Shown here piece by piece: positions 48,653-60,400 of a DNA stretch of 64,000 nt. The DNA comes from Anthoceros angustus (Eukaryota; Plantae; Anthocerotophyta): NCBI GenBank assembly GCA_010909165.1, contig MU008181.1:806001-870000 (forward strand), read 5' to 3'. Position numbers and translations under genes: made by a program. Every line of letters starts with the position of its first letter. The first letter of the stretch is position 1. The notes beneath the pieces are model-generated. The model searched no databases, was not told where the DNA came from, and worked only from the letters and a program-made list of their open reading frames with translations.

Positions 48653-51007
48653 TTAATTTCGGTCCCCACATGAGCAGGAGCCATCTGAAAAATGGTGCAC
48701 TCTGTGAGCATCTCTGACTATGATCTCTCGCTGCTCTAGGCGGGACATAATCTTGGTGCTGCTGTGGCAGTCGTTGCACATGCGAAGGTTTTTAGTGACT
48801 AGCAGCGGGGTGCCATCTGGAGTGTTTAGGAGACCGTACGCCAAAGCCAGCTTCTCTGCATGGCCACACAACGCATCTTCCTTCTCCTGCTCGGACATGG
48901 CCTTCAGCACCAGCTCTGTCTGAGATACATGGCCGCCCTCCTCCTTCAGCCTCATGTGCACACTTTTCAGCTTGGAAGAGATGTCAGGCCTCTCCTCACC
49001 CACTGTGAACTCGTGCACCTTGTTTTTCACCTCAATGCACGCCTTTGCAGGCTTCTTCGTCGCACCTGCTGACCTTCTTAAGCTCTCTATCCTATCTACA
49101 TCCATCCACCTGCCTGCGTTTGCATATATGTTGGCCAGCAACACATATGAACTTGCGTTCTCAGGCTCCAATGACACGAGTCGATCAAAACATCGCTTAC
49201 CACGCTCTATGTCACCATGGTTTCTGCAGGCACTCAACAACGATCTCCAACCCACCACATAGTCTTTGAATGGCATTGTCTGCAGTATATGTTCTGCATG
49301 GTCCAGACAGCCAAACCGCCCAAGAAGATCAACCAGGCAACTGTAGTGATAATCAGTAGGCACAATGCCATGGTCCTCCACCATGAGCCTGAAGTACCGC
49401 TGGCCCTCTTGCACCAGGCCTGCATGACTGCATGCAGCAAGAAGACTACTGAAAGTCGTCCCATTAGGCTCCAAACCTTGCCTACGCATTTCTTCGAAAC
49501 ACTGCATTGCCATCTGAGCATCACAGTGTTCAGCATAGCCATTTAGCAGAGCACTCCATGATACCACATCTCGAGTGGGCAATCTGTCAAAGATTGCACG
49601 AGCATCCTTCAAGCTTCCGCACTTTGCGTACATGTCCACCAGGCAGCTACCAATTAGGACATCGGTGTCCAGTCCCTTTTCTCGTATCAGGGCATGAAGT
49701 TGCTTCCCTTGAAGCAAAGCTCCCACCCCGGCACATGCTTGAAGGAGGCATACAAAGGTAACCTGATTGGCTACAGTGATGCCCTCATGTTGCATACTCC
49801 TATACAGACAAAGGGCTTCATGACCCTTACCCTGCTGGACATACCCTGCAATCATGGTGGTCCATGTTACAACATCTCTTCTACCCATTGTGTCGAACAC
49901 TTCCCGAGCATCCTCTAGGCTCCCACATTTTGCATACATGTCAACTAGACAGTTTCCAACCACTAAATCAGCCTCCAGTCCGCTTTCCCTAAGCTGAGCA
50001 TGAATCTTCTTCCCCTGGTGCAAAGCTCCGACGCTAGCACATGCTTGAAGGAGGCAGACAAACGTAACTACATTGGCTGGAGTCATACCATTCAGTTGCA
50101 TACTTGCATACAGATCAAGAGCCTCTTGACCCATTCCTCTCCGAGCATATCCTGCAATCATTGAAGTCCAGGACACCACGTCCCTCGTATGCAATCTGTC
50201 AAACACCTTACGGGCATCCACCAAGCTCCCGCATTTCGAATACATGTTCACCAGGCTGTTGGTTACAAAGCTGTTGGGCCTCACATCACTCGCCCGAATA
50301 TCGGCATGAACCTCCTGACCAGACACCAGATCCTCTGCACTTGCGCACGCCTTAAGGACTGCAACAAATATGTGGTTGTTGGGCTTCAGATTCGAGCCTC
50401 GCATCTGTCGATAAAGCCTGACAGCTTCCATGGGCTGTCCATGTCGGGCATGGGCCAAAATGATGCTAGCCCACAGATGGGTGTCTGGTGCAGTCACTTT
50501 GCTGAAAACCTGAGCCGCTTCCTCCAATTTCCCATGGGAGGCATACATATCGACGATGTGCGTGGCCACGAATGCATTTGACTCGAACCCGCTCTCCAGA
50601 GCCAGAACATGCACCCGCCTCCCAAGCTCCAAATTCTCCGGTCCCGCCGTGCACCTCTTCAGAACACGAGAGAAGAGAGAGGTGTCAACACGACACTCCT
50701 GCTGCACCAGGAGGTCCAAAGCACCAACAGCCTCCCTGAGCTCTCCATCCTCAAAAAGCCTCCTGGAGGTTCTAGCCATCAAATCCACTCCACCCTTCCG
50801 CTTCCTGCGAACCACACCATCGTTGCCTGCAGTTCTTGAACTGGACGCAGACAGCTCCAAGGCCGCCAACCCAGGATTGTGTCGAGCGTTTCCCCAAACC
50901 CCCTTGCAGAACTTGTGCCCCAAGTCAGGCTGGAGGAAGATTTTGCCATAGCCCACGGTAAAGGCTCGCTGAGTAGTGCAGCTGCGCAAAGTATGTCCGC
51001 CATCCAT
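48653..51007 (-). CDS. Intronless PLS-class PPR protein with E1-E2 and DYW:KP domain (C-terminus DRN)
   Basis: PLS triplets; KKPAKACIEV replaces the PG-box; HAEKLA; CNDCH; ends GSCSCGDRN. Confidence 0.93.
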   Translation of the reverse strand: MDGGHTLRSCTTQRAFTVGYGKIFLQPDLGHKFCKGVWGNARHNPGLAALELSASSSRTAGNDGVVRRKRKGGVDLMARTSRRLFEDGELREAVGALDLLVQQECRVDTSLFSRVLKRCTAGPENLELGRRVHVLALESGFESNAFVATHIVDMYASHGKLEEAAQVFSKVTAPDTHLWASIILAHARHGQPMEAVRLYRQMRGSNLKPNNHIFVAVLKACASAEDLVSGQEVHADIRASDVRPNSFVTNSLVNMYSKCGSLVDARKVFDRLHTRDVVSWTSMIAGYARRGMGQEALDLYASMQLNGMTPANVVTFVCLLQACASVGALHQGKKIHAQLRESGLEADLVVGNCLVDMYAKCGSLEDAREVFDTMGRRDVVTWTTMIAGYVQQGKGHEALCLYRSMQHEGITVANQVTFVCLLQACAGVGALLQGKQLHALIREKGLDTDVLIGSCLVDMYAKCGSLKDARAIFDRLPTRDVVSWSALLNGYAEHCDAQMAMQCFEEMRRQGLEPNGTTFSSLLAACSHAGLVQEGQRYFRLMVEDHGIVPTDYHYSCLVDLLGRFGCLDHAEHILQTMPFKDYVVGWRSLLSACRNHGDIERGKRCFDRLVSLEPENASSYVLLANIYANAGRWMDVDRIESLRRSAGATKKPAKACIEVKNKVHEFTVGEERPDISSKLKSVHMRLKEEGGHVSQTELVLKAMSEQEKEDALCGHAEKLALAYGLLNTPDGTPLLVTKNLRMCNDCHSSTKIMSRLEQREIIVRDAHRVHHFSDGSCSCGDRN

Positions 51008-51179
51008 CGATGAAACACTACCTCTGAGCTAGAACGATTGTCCCCCATCCGTCCATCCGTCGATGAGACACTGCAAGTCAACTAGAGATCGTTCTGAACG
51101 ATGGTGTTGTGGGTTCAAAAATCGCGTTGTTCGGATGTCTGGATGGTCGAGAATTGATGAGAAGCAGAACAGGGTATTG

Positions 51180-54100
51180 CTAGTGCCAGTCTCCACACGA
51201 ACACGACCCGTCCACAAAACGGTGCACGCGGTGTGCATCTCTAACAATGATCTCTCGCTTCTCGATCCTAGACATGATCTTGGTGCCGCTGTGGCAGTCA
51301 TCGCACATCCGGAGGTTCTTGGTGACAAGCAAGGTCGTGCCGTCTGGTGTGTTGAGAAGGCCATAAGCCAGCGCTAGCTTCTCAGCATGCCCACACAAGG
51401 CATCTTCCTTTTTCTCGTCGGACAAGGGCTTGAGCACCAGGTCTGTGTGTGGCACATGGCCTCCATCCTCCTTCAACCGCAAGTTTACGCTCCTCAGCTT
51501 GGACGAGATGTCATCCCGTTGTTCTCCCACGACAAACTCCTCCACTTTGTCGTTCACCTCGATCCATGCCCTGGCAGGCTTCTTGCAAGCTCCGGCAGAC
51601 TTTCTCAAAGTCTCTATCCTGTTTACATCCTTCCACCTACCATCGTTTGCATAGATGTTTGCCATGAGTACGTACGCAGTAGACTGTTCCGGTTCCAGTT
51701 TACGGATGTGATCGAAGCACCGCTCTCCCCGCTCTATGTCACCATGGCTTCTGCAAGCATTCAGTAGAGCTTTCCACCCTGCCGAGTCACTCTGAACCGG
51801 CATCGTTTGCAACATGTTTTCTGCCTCGTCTAAGCACCCTGACCGGCCAAGTAGATCCACCATGCAAGTGTAATGGTAGATAGTGGGCGAGATGCCATGC
51901 TCCTCCGCCATAGCTTTGAAGTACTGCTTACCCTCATCCACCAAACCCTCATGACTGCATGCCACCAGAAGGCAGATGAAAGTTGTCTCATCGGGCTCAA
52001 CACCCTGTCCAAGCATCTCTTCGAAACACAGGATGGCTGATCGACTGTCGTTATGCTGGCCTAAGCCATTTAGCAGAGCATTCCATGTCACCACATTCTT
52101 TGTGGGCAATCTGTCAAACACCCTCCGAGCATCCTTTAAGCTGCCACATTTTCCGTACATGTCCACAAGGCTATTGCCCACCGCCACATCCGCTTCCAAT
52201 CCTCGTTGCTGTATCTCTAGATGAAGTTGCTTCCCTTGTGGCAAAGCTCCGATGCTGGCACACGCTTTCAAGAGGCAAACAAACGTGACATTATCAGCTG
52301 GAGTAATGGATGCCTGTTGCATACTTTCGTAGAGAGCGAGGGCATCTTGGCCGAGCCCATGCTGGGCATACCCTGCGAGCATGGCATTCCATGTGACTAC
52401 ATCTTTAGAGGGTAGTCGATCAAATGCTTTCCGAGCATCATCTAAGCTGCCACACTTTGCGTACATGTCCACCAGACAGTTGCCGACAACCAGATCTCCT
52501 TCTAAGTTCTGTTCCTGAATCTGGTGATGTAGTTGCTTGCCTTGATGTAAGGCCCCAAGAGAGGCGCATGCGTTAAGAAGGCACGTAAATGTAACACTGT
52601 CGGGTGGAGTTTTTCCCTCATTTTTCATACTGGCATACACTGCAAGAGCTTCTTGACAGAGACCATGCAGTGCATACCCGGCTATCATTGAATTCCATAA
52701 TGCCACATCTTTCATAGGAACTCGGTCAAAAACTCGGCGAGCATCCTCTAAGCTGCCACATTTTGCGTACATGTCAACAAGGCAGTTGGCAAGCGATGGA
52801 TCAACGTCTAGTTCTCTTTTCTGGATATCTGAATGGAGTTCCTTTCCCTCTTGTAGTGCTCCGATGCTTGCACATGCTTTCAGTAGTGTGGCAAACGTGG
52901 TAACGTTGGCAGAAGTCATGTCCTGCTGTCGCATGCCAGAATACAGAGAGAGAGCTTCCTGTCCCTGTCCACGCTGGGCATATGCTGTGATCATGGCAGT
53001 CCATGTCACCATATCCCTCGTGGGCAATGTGTCAAAAACTCTTCTAGCATCCTCCAAGCTGCCGCATTTGGCATACATGTCCACCAGGCAGTTGCCCACA
53101 ACCACATCAGTTTCCAGCCCGCTTTTCTGAACCTGAGAATGTAGCTGCATTCCCTGATGCAGAGAACCAACACTTGCACACGCATTAAGAAGGCACACAA
53201 ATGTAACTCTATCAGCGGGAGTGATGCCCTCCTGTAGCATGGTTTGATACAGATTAAGGGCATCTTGACCGAGACCAGCTTGAGCATATGCTGCAATCAT
53301 GGCATTCCATGTCACCACATTCTTCACAGGCAGTCTATCAAAGACAGTACGGGCCTCTGCCAAGCTTCCCAACTTGGCATACATGTTGACCAGGCAGCTA
53401 CCAACAACCACATCAGCTTCCAACCCTCGTTCTCGAATCTGTAAATGCAGATTCTTCCCCTCATTTAAGGCCCCAACACTAACACAAGCCTTCAGCAGGC
53501 TTACAAATGTTACTGGATCAGCCAGAGTGAGCCCTGCTGCTTGCTTATTAGCATAAAGAGTGAGAGCTTCTCGTCCAAGCCCATGCTCCACGTATCCTCC
53601 AATCATGGCATTCCATGTCACTGCATCTTTGGTTGGCAGTCTTTCAAACAGGCTTCTAGCATCTGCTAGCCTGGCACACTTGGCATACATATTCACCAAG
53701 CAGTTGCCCACCACCACATCGCACTCAAGCTGTCTTTCCTGAATCTGAGTATGCAGCTGTTGACCTTCCTGGAGTGCTCCAATGCTTGCACAGGCCTTCA
53801 AAAGTGACACAAATGTCACGTGATCGGCTGGAAACATGCCTTCCTGCTGCATCTTTGCATTAAGAGAGAGGGCTTCTTGGCTGCGCCCATGCTGTGCATA
53901 TCCTGTAATCATGGCCGTCCATGTCACCATATCCCTTGTTGGTAACATGTCAAATACTCTGCGAGCATCCTCTAGGCTCCCACATTTTGCATACATGTCC
54001 ACTAAGCTGCTGCCAATAAGTATATCAGATTCTAATCCCCTTTCCTGTATCTGCATATGAAGCTGCTCACCCTCACATGATGCTTGAATACTGGCACATG

Positions 54101-55412
54101 CTTTCAGGAGGCAAACAAACGTGACACGGTCTGCTGTGATGCCCTCCTGCTGCATGTTCTGATACAATGCCAGGGCTTCTTGGCCAAACCCATGCTGCAC
54201 ATATCCTGCGATCATGGCATTCCATGTCACAAAGTTCTTTGCAGGCAACCGATCAAACAGTCTGCGTGCATCCTCAAGGCTGCCGCATTTGGCATACATG
54301 TCCACCAGACAGCTGCTTACCGTCAAATCAGTTTCCAGTCCTCGTTCCCGAATCCGGGAATGCAGGTCCTTGCCCTCACGCAGTGCCCCAATGCTGGCAC
54401 AAGCCTTCAGCAAGGACAGAAACGTTACGGAGTTAGCTTCAGTAACTCCCTCCTGTTCCATGCACGAATGAAGATAAAGGGCTTCTTGACCCAGGCCATG
54501 CTTGGCATACCCAGTGATCATCGTAGTCCACGACACCACATCTTTTGTCTGCAAATTGTCAAAGACCCTGCGAGCATCCTCCAAGCTCCCACATTTCGCA
54601 TACATGTCCATCAAACAATTGGCGACGAAGATGTTGGGCTGAACTGCACTTTCCAGGACATCGGCATGGACCAGCTTGCCCGCTGCCAAATCTGCCGCAG
54701 CAGCACAGGCTTTGAGGGCAGCCACAAAGACGTGGTCATTCCGCTTCACCCTTGACTTCCGCATCTGCCCGTAAAGCGTGAGAGCCTGCATAGGCTGTCC
54801 CTGTTCCGCATGTGCCCCTATGATAGAAGCCCACAAGAACGTTCCCGGTGCAGCAAGAATACTGAACACCTGCGACGCTTCCTTCAGCCTCCCGTGCGAA
54901 GCGTACATGCGGATAATGTGATTGCCCAAGAATGCGTCCGACTCATACCCACTCTTCGAAATAAGAGCATGAACATGCCTACCGGCAGCCAGATCCCTCT
55001 GCGAAATGCACCCCTTGAGCACATGATAGAAGAGATAGGCGGGCACATTGAATCCTCTTTGCAACAGAACATCCAGCAGCTCCACAGCGTCTCTGAGCTG
55101 CCCCTCCTCACATAACCTGCTCCACGCCTCGACGTCGAAAGCATCTTCCAACCTCCCACTCCTGCAACACCCACCTCCAGTGTGTCAACACCATCCTCAC
55201 CTCCCAATTCCCGGCCACATTCCCCAGTTCCAGCCAGTCTAAAATCGCGTACCTCTGCACAACCCCAGTCTGGCAAGCGACTCCCCGCTCCCCAAACCTT
55301 CCATCCCAACCACGTTGTGGGTCCTCGGTTGCGCTGTGCACAAAGTCCAGATAAACGCGGTTGCTTCTCTGCAATGTCGCAACGATTGAATGCCCCAACA
55401 AAATCCACCCAT
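51180..55412 (-). CDS. Long intronless PLS-class PPR protein with DYW:KP domain (C-terminus DWH); N-terminus upstream of 55151 uncertain
   Basis: Ten MYxKxG-type S motifs in about 101-aa triplets; KKPARAWIEV, HAEKLA, CDDCH, ends GSCSCGDWH. The ORF opens at a TTG; a candidate ATG at 55412 (MGGFCWGIQSLRHC) needs an intron or indels. Confidence 0.9.
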
Positions 55413-55810
55413 TCCGGCTTCACTGACCACGCCCAAATCGCTGGCACTGATTACCTCGCGCGGCTTGCTCTCCCACCCCTTCACCTCCTTCTCCCAGCAT
55501 GCCTCCCGACCACCAACAGCCCTGGCTGCAGCCTTCCGTTGCTCCGCCACGCCTCTCAGCGACGACACCCGCCTGCACCACTCCTCCAAAGCCCCACGGG
55601 AGCTTGGATTCCTCTGCAGCAGGCCAAGCCCGGATCCCACGACCCGACGCCCCTCCTCCTTCCTCATCCCTGCCTCCACGCAACACTCTGCATCACACGA
55701 CTATGTACAGTCAACCGCCCATCAAACTGCCATAACCTAAAACCCACATTTCTTGGGTGCCCACAAAATCCAGTTCGTGGGCACCCACGAAACCCGCTTC
55801 CGCGGGCGAT

Positions 55811-57080
55811 ATGGCAGACACACCGGCAGCGATGGAGGCGGCGGAGCAGCAGATCCAGGCGCTCTACACCCTGCGAGACACGTTTTTCCCGGGCGACCCG
55901 ACGGTGAAGAAAGCCCGGGTGGAGGAGCAGACGGCGGCCGTTTTGGCGGCGCTGGACGCGATCCCGCCCGAGAGCCGGCGTCAGGCAGGGCGGCGCGCGG
56001 AATGGGAGTACCTCCGAGGAAAGGCGCTGGACGCCGCGGCCGACTACAGCAAACAAGCCGAGGAGCATCTGGCGAAGGCCGTGAAGCTGGAGCCGGGCCT
56101 GGTGGACGCCTGGTGCTGCCTGGGGAACTGCTTCTGGAAGAAGAACGATCTGGAGGCGGCCAAGAACTGCTTCACTCAGGCTCTGGCGGCAGGCCCCCAC
56201 GTGCGCGCTCTGCAGCAGCTCTCTATGCTGGAGCGGCGGATGGCGCAGGGCGGCTCCGGGGAGGCGGAGGCCGTGGAGGAGAGCATCCGGCTGGCCAAGC
56301 AGGCGCTGGCTCTGGATGTGAAGGACGGGCCGTCCTGGTACACTCTGGGGAACGCCTACCTGACCAGCTTCTTCGTGGCGGGCGCGGGGGCCTGGGACCT
56401 CCCCAAGCTCCGCCTCGCGCTTAAGGCGTACCAGAACGCGGAGAAGCACGAGGCCGGGAATTCCAACCCGGACCTGCACTACAACAGCGCCATCGCCCAC
56501 CAGTACCTGGAGGACTACGAGCGCGCGCTGCGGGCCTACCAGTGCGCCGGCGCCCGGGACCCCGGTCTCCAGGCGGACCGGCAGGCGGAGAAGCTGCTGC
56601 GGCTGCTGGCCCGGCTCGCGGACCTGGCCGGGAGCAAAGGGAGGATGAAGCCCAAGCGGCTGGCGGCCGTGATGGGCTCGGGGGCGGGTGGGCGACGCCG
56701 TAGTCCCCGCCTCGCACCGCCCGGTGGGCCTGGACGCGCTCCGGGAAGGCGTCAATGCCGGGGTGGCTGTGGCCTGCAAGGTGCTGCTGTCCGTGGGGCA
56801 CGACCAGCCCGTGCCGCTCTTCTTCCTGCTGGCCGACTCGCTGGAGTCGTGCGTCGTCCTGTCCGTGTACGCATTGAGGCCCGGCGTGATCAAAGACGCT
56901 CAGACTGTGACTCTGCTGGACCCCAATTTCCGCACCGTCTCCGTTGCCTGGCAGAAGCATCAATTTCGCTACCGAGCTGTGCGGGTCGACCATCCTAAGC
57001 AAATCCTGTTGAATGGGCGCTCCCCTTCCGTGCAGGATGCTGTCTGCTCCACCATCCATGCCCAGCATGTGCCTCCTTGA
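55811..57080 (+). CDS. TTC5: Tetratricopeptide repeat protein 5 homologue (TPR + C-terminal OB-fold); intronless; apparent 1-nt frameshift near 56685
   Basis: LYTLRDTFFP, AEEHLAKAVKLEP, DAWCCLGNCFWKK, SWYTLGNAYLTSFF, NPDLHYN; ORF 56688-57080 supplies LREGVN...VLSVY...AVRVDHPKQILLNG. Confidence 0.88.
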
Positions 57081-57449
57081 ACACTGAATGAATATTACAA
57101 ACCTTCGGCGTGCATACAACTCTGTGGGGCTTTCACGAATCAGAAGCAGAAGACGGTAGAACCCCCGGAATGGCAGCATGCTTGCATTCCTCCAGAAGCC
57201 ACAACGAACACTTCTCCAGAACTCACAAGGAACAAATGCACTTTTGCTTTGGGCCCATCCCAGGACCTTCGCCCACAAAACCGCAACTGTCCCACGCCTT
57301 CGGCTAAATTTGACAGTCATAGGGAGATCAGATAGGCTAGGCCGCTAGCCTACACATATATCGGTAGACTGTAGGCTCGTACATGAGGACCTGTGATACA
57401 TGGGAGGATGGTGCAGCCGATGTGTTAGGACGGTAACGACCTGCAAGAA

Positions 57450-60400
57450 ATGGGGACGCTCGAATCCCGTCTGCTGTGCTTGCTGACCTTCATCCTCTGC
57501 TTGCACTGCGTGGGGCTGTATTTCTTCACCGGAGGATTTCTTCTTACAAGAACCGAGCTTTCCTCCGTCAGCGCCTGCGCAGATGCAGCTGAATGTGCAG
57601 ACTGCGATCTGCATAGCAGTTGGGCTGGCTCTGACGAGAAATCTTGTCCTGTTGATGAATCCTGTTCTGATGATGGCCTGCACGAAGCAAGCAGTGCGGT
57701 AGACAAGTGTTGGACGAAGCCTCTGGTGAAGCGCCTTGTCATACTGATCATAGATGCATTGAGGTACAGTTTGCTGACCCGATCTTTGCGTCTCCTGAAC
57801 AAGGTAGGGGTTCTGGGCTTCTGGGGCAAGAATGACAGTACTGTCTGTTCACCGGGAACTAGGAGGTTTGGCTATATGTAGTGAATTGTGTGTTCGTTCT
57901 TTGTTTGCAGATTTGACTTTGTTGCACCCACCGACAATTCGACTGATGGTATGCTTTCAAGAGTTCCCATGCAATTGCTGGTTTCAGACTGCCTCTTACA
58001 TGTTTCGGGCTTTCAGCAGAGGCTGCTCCTTGGATGAATAATCTGGACATTCTCCAAAAGCTAGTGGGAACGGAGGGAGTGCCTGCAAAGTTGTTTAAAT
58101 TCATAGCTGATCCTCCCACAACCACCCTACAGCGCCTAAAGGTCAGCAGACTGTTGTGGTGACGTCAGAGAATAAGCATGCTTTCTCCTTGAGTGTGGGA
58201 GTCTGAAGGCTTCTGGATACACGCCAGGGCCTTACTACTGGTGGGCTTCCTACTTTTATGGACATTGGAGACAGCTTTGGAGCACCAGCTGTTGTCGAGG
58301 ACAATTTGCTGTTGCAGGTTAGGGTTCAGGGCGTTCAAAGCCCCCTTGTATGCTCAAAGGAACTTGTGTTTGAAGTAATCTGTGGCGCTTATCTCATGTC
58401 AACATGCATCGTGCAGCTGATACACATGGGGAAAAGGGTGATCATGATGGGAGATGACACTTGGATGCAACTGTTTCCGAAACATTTCCAAGAGGCTTAC
58501 CCCTTTCCATCTCTCAATGTCAAGGACCTACATACTGTAAGCTGTACCCTTGTTGATGCGTTTTGCCTTCCTGTTGCTTTAAGCTTGCAAGTAATCAGCA
58601 TTGCCAGACTGAACGTATGGTGCCAAACAGGTTGATGACGGGGTTATCAAGGAGATATTTCCAGCATTACAGCGAAGTAATTGGGACGTACTCATTGCAC
58701 ACCTCCTTGGAGTGGTACATCTCTTAGTACCAGGCACGCCGCTCCACTTGACTATTTTGCTAAAGTATGTGTGGTAGATTTTTGTGTTTGTTTCAGCTTC
58801 CAGCTCCTTATGATTTCTGTTCGTCATAATATTTTCAGGATCATGTGGGACATATTTTTGGTGTGGAGTCACCACTGATGGTGGAGAAGCTGAAACAGTA
58901 CAATGAGGTGATTAAGGTGGGTAGTCTGCCTCATTTCAATTTCGTAGATACTGGTCTTTGAATACGAGTCTTAACACCAACTGGGTTGGCTGCAGAACAT
59001 TTGCAGTCTCTTGTTGAAAGAATCACGTCCAGGTGGCTTACATGAGAATACCGTATTCATTGTCATGGGGGATCATGGGCAAACACGGAATGGTGACCAT
59101 GGAGGTGGTACAGCAGAAGAGGTACTCAAGTTCCACGGATCTTGATTGTTACATGTCACCGTGGTAATCCCTTCATAACAACTGATTTGTAAATGTTCAT
59201 GAAGGTGGAGACTGCATTATTTGCAGTAACAACTCGGGGCCTATCTCAGCAGGATGACCTCTCCTTTCTGTCATCGGTGAGGCTGAGTACAACTCTCTCC
59301 TGCAATCACTTGCCTTACACCATGTACTTCAATTAACGTGGCATGGATCTTGGTCCCACGTTGTTGAATGAACTTTGCCTTGATTGGCTTCAGGATATGC
59401 CAAAACGAGAGTCGATTACCACATTCCCACAGGTTGGTCCCTGATGGTTTTTGGACTGCTTCTGCCTGTCTCAAGCACGCCTGAAGCTGATCCAGCATAG
59501 GTTTGTCCATCTGACAGCTGGATTTCGCTGCAACGATGGCAGCAATCTTGGGAATCCCCATACCTTTTGGAAGGCAAGTTTGCAACCCTCACCTTTATAC
59601 AAGGATAGAGCTGGGGCGAGTGCTTGGATAAGCTAGCCTGACACCCCTCCTTATCATCTTTTGCAGTGTTGGGCAGGTGAATCCTATGCTTTGGAGCTTG
59701 GCTGCTGGGGCCAACTTTTCAAGCCCGTCCGAAGGATGTCAGAAAGATCAAAAATCTCTGAAGCATTTGAATGACTATTCTCAGGCTCTTTGCCTCAACA
59801 GCTGGCAGGTGAACCGTCTTTTGCTGCCGATTAGAGACAAGGTCATTATAGATTTGGTTGCCCTCTTTTGTCCCTTTGTGTGGTTAGCGAGCATTTCTGA
59901 GTACGTATTTAGCATGAAACAGGTCAAACGGTATCTAGAAAGCTATTCAGCTCATGCTTTGACCGGCTTTCCCATCAATGACCTATTGAAGTTGGAAGAG
60001 CTGTATGATGTCTCTAGAGCTCCGGTGCATAGACAACATGTGCATCCTATGGAGGAAAGAATAACTGCTTTCTCTACTTATCTCTCAGCAGCTGCTGATC
60101 TGGCACGATCACAATGGACTCAGTTCCATGTTGAATGGATGAGCATGGGGGTTGCAGTGCTCTTGGCTTCCCTTGCCGTTCACAGCATGGCACTTTACAG
60201 AGTGACAATGCTATCTTCAACTACCAATAACATGTGTACAGAACTTTTCTTTCCGGTGAAGGATATTGTCCTCAAAAGTTTGCTGTATACTTCAGTTTCT
60301 GCCAGTGGAATGGTGGTTGTCTTGAACATGATCCGTAGAAATGCAATTGTGAACTTCACTCTTGATGGTCAGCTGAAGGCAATGGTTCCTGGATTGTGGG

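Noticed and set aside
55664-56893. Long antisense ORFs (409 aa here; also 5173-5757, 54084-54755, 56421-57320)
   Set aside because: Shadow ORFs of GC-rich or repetitive real genes, with no recognisable domains.
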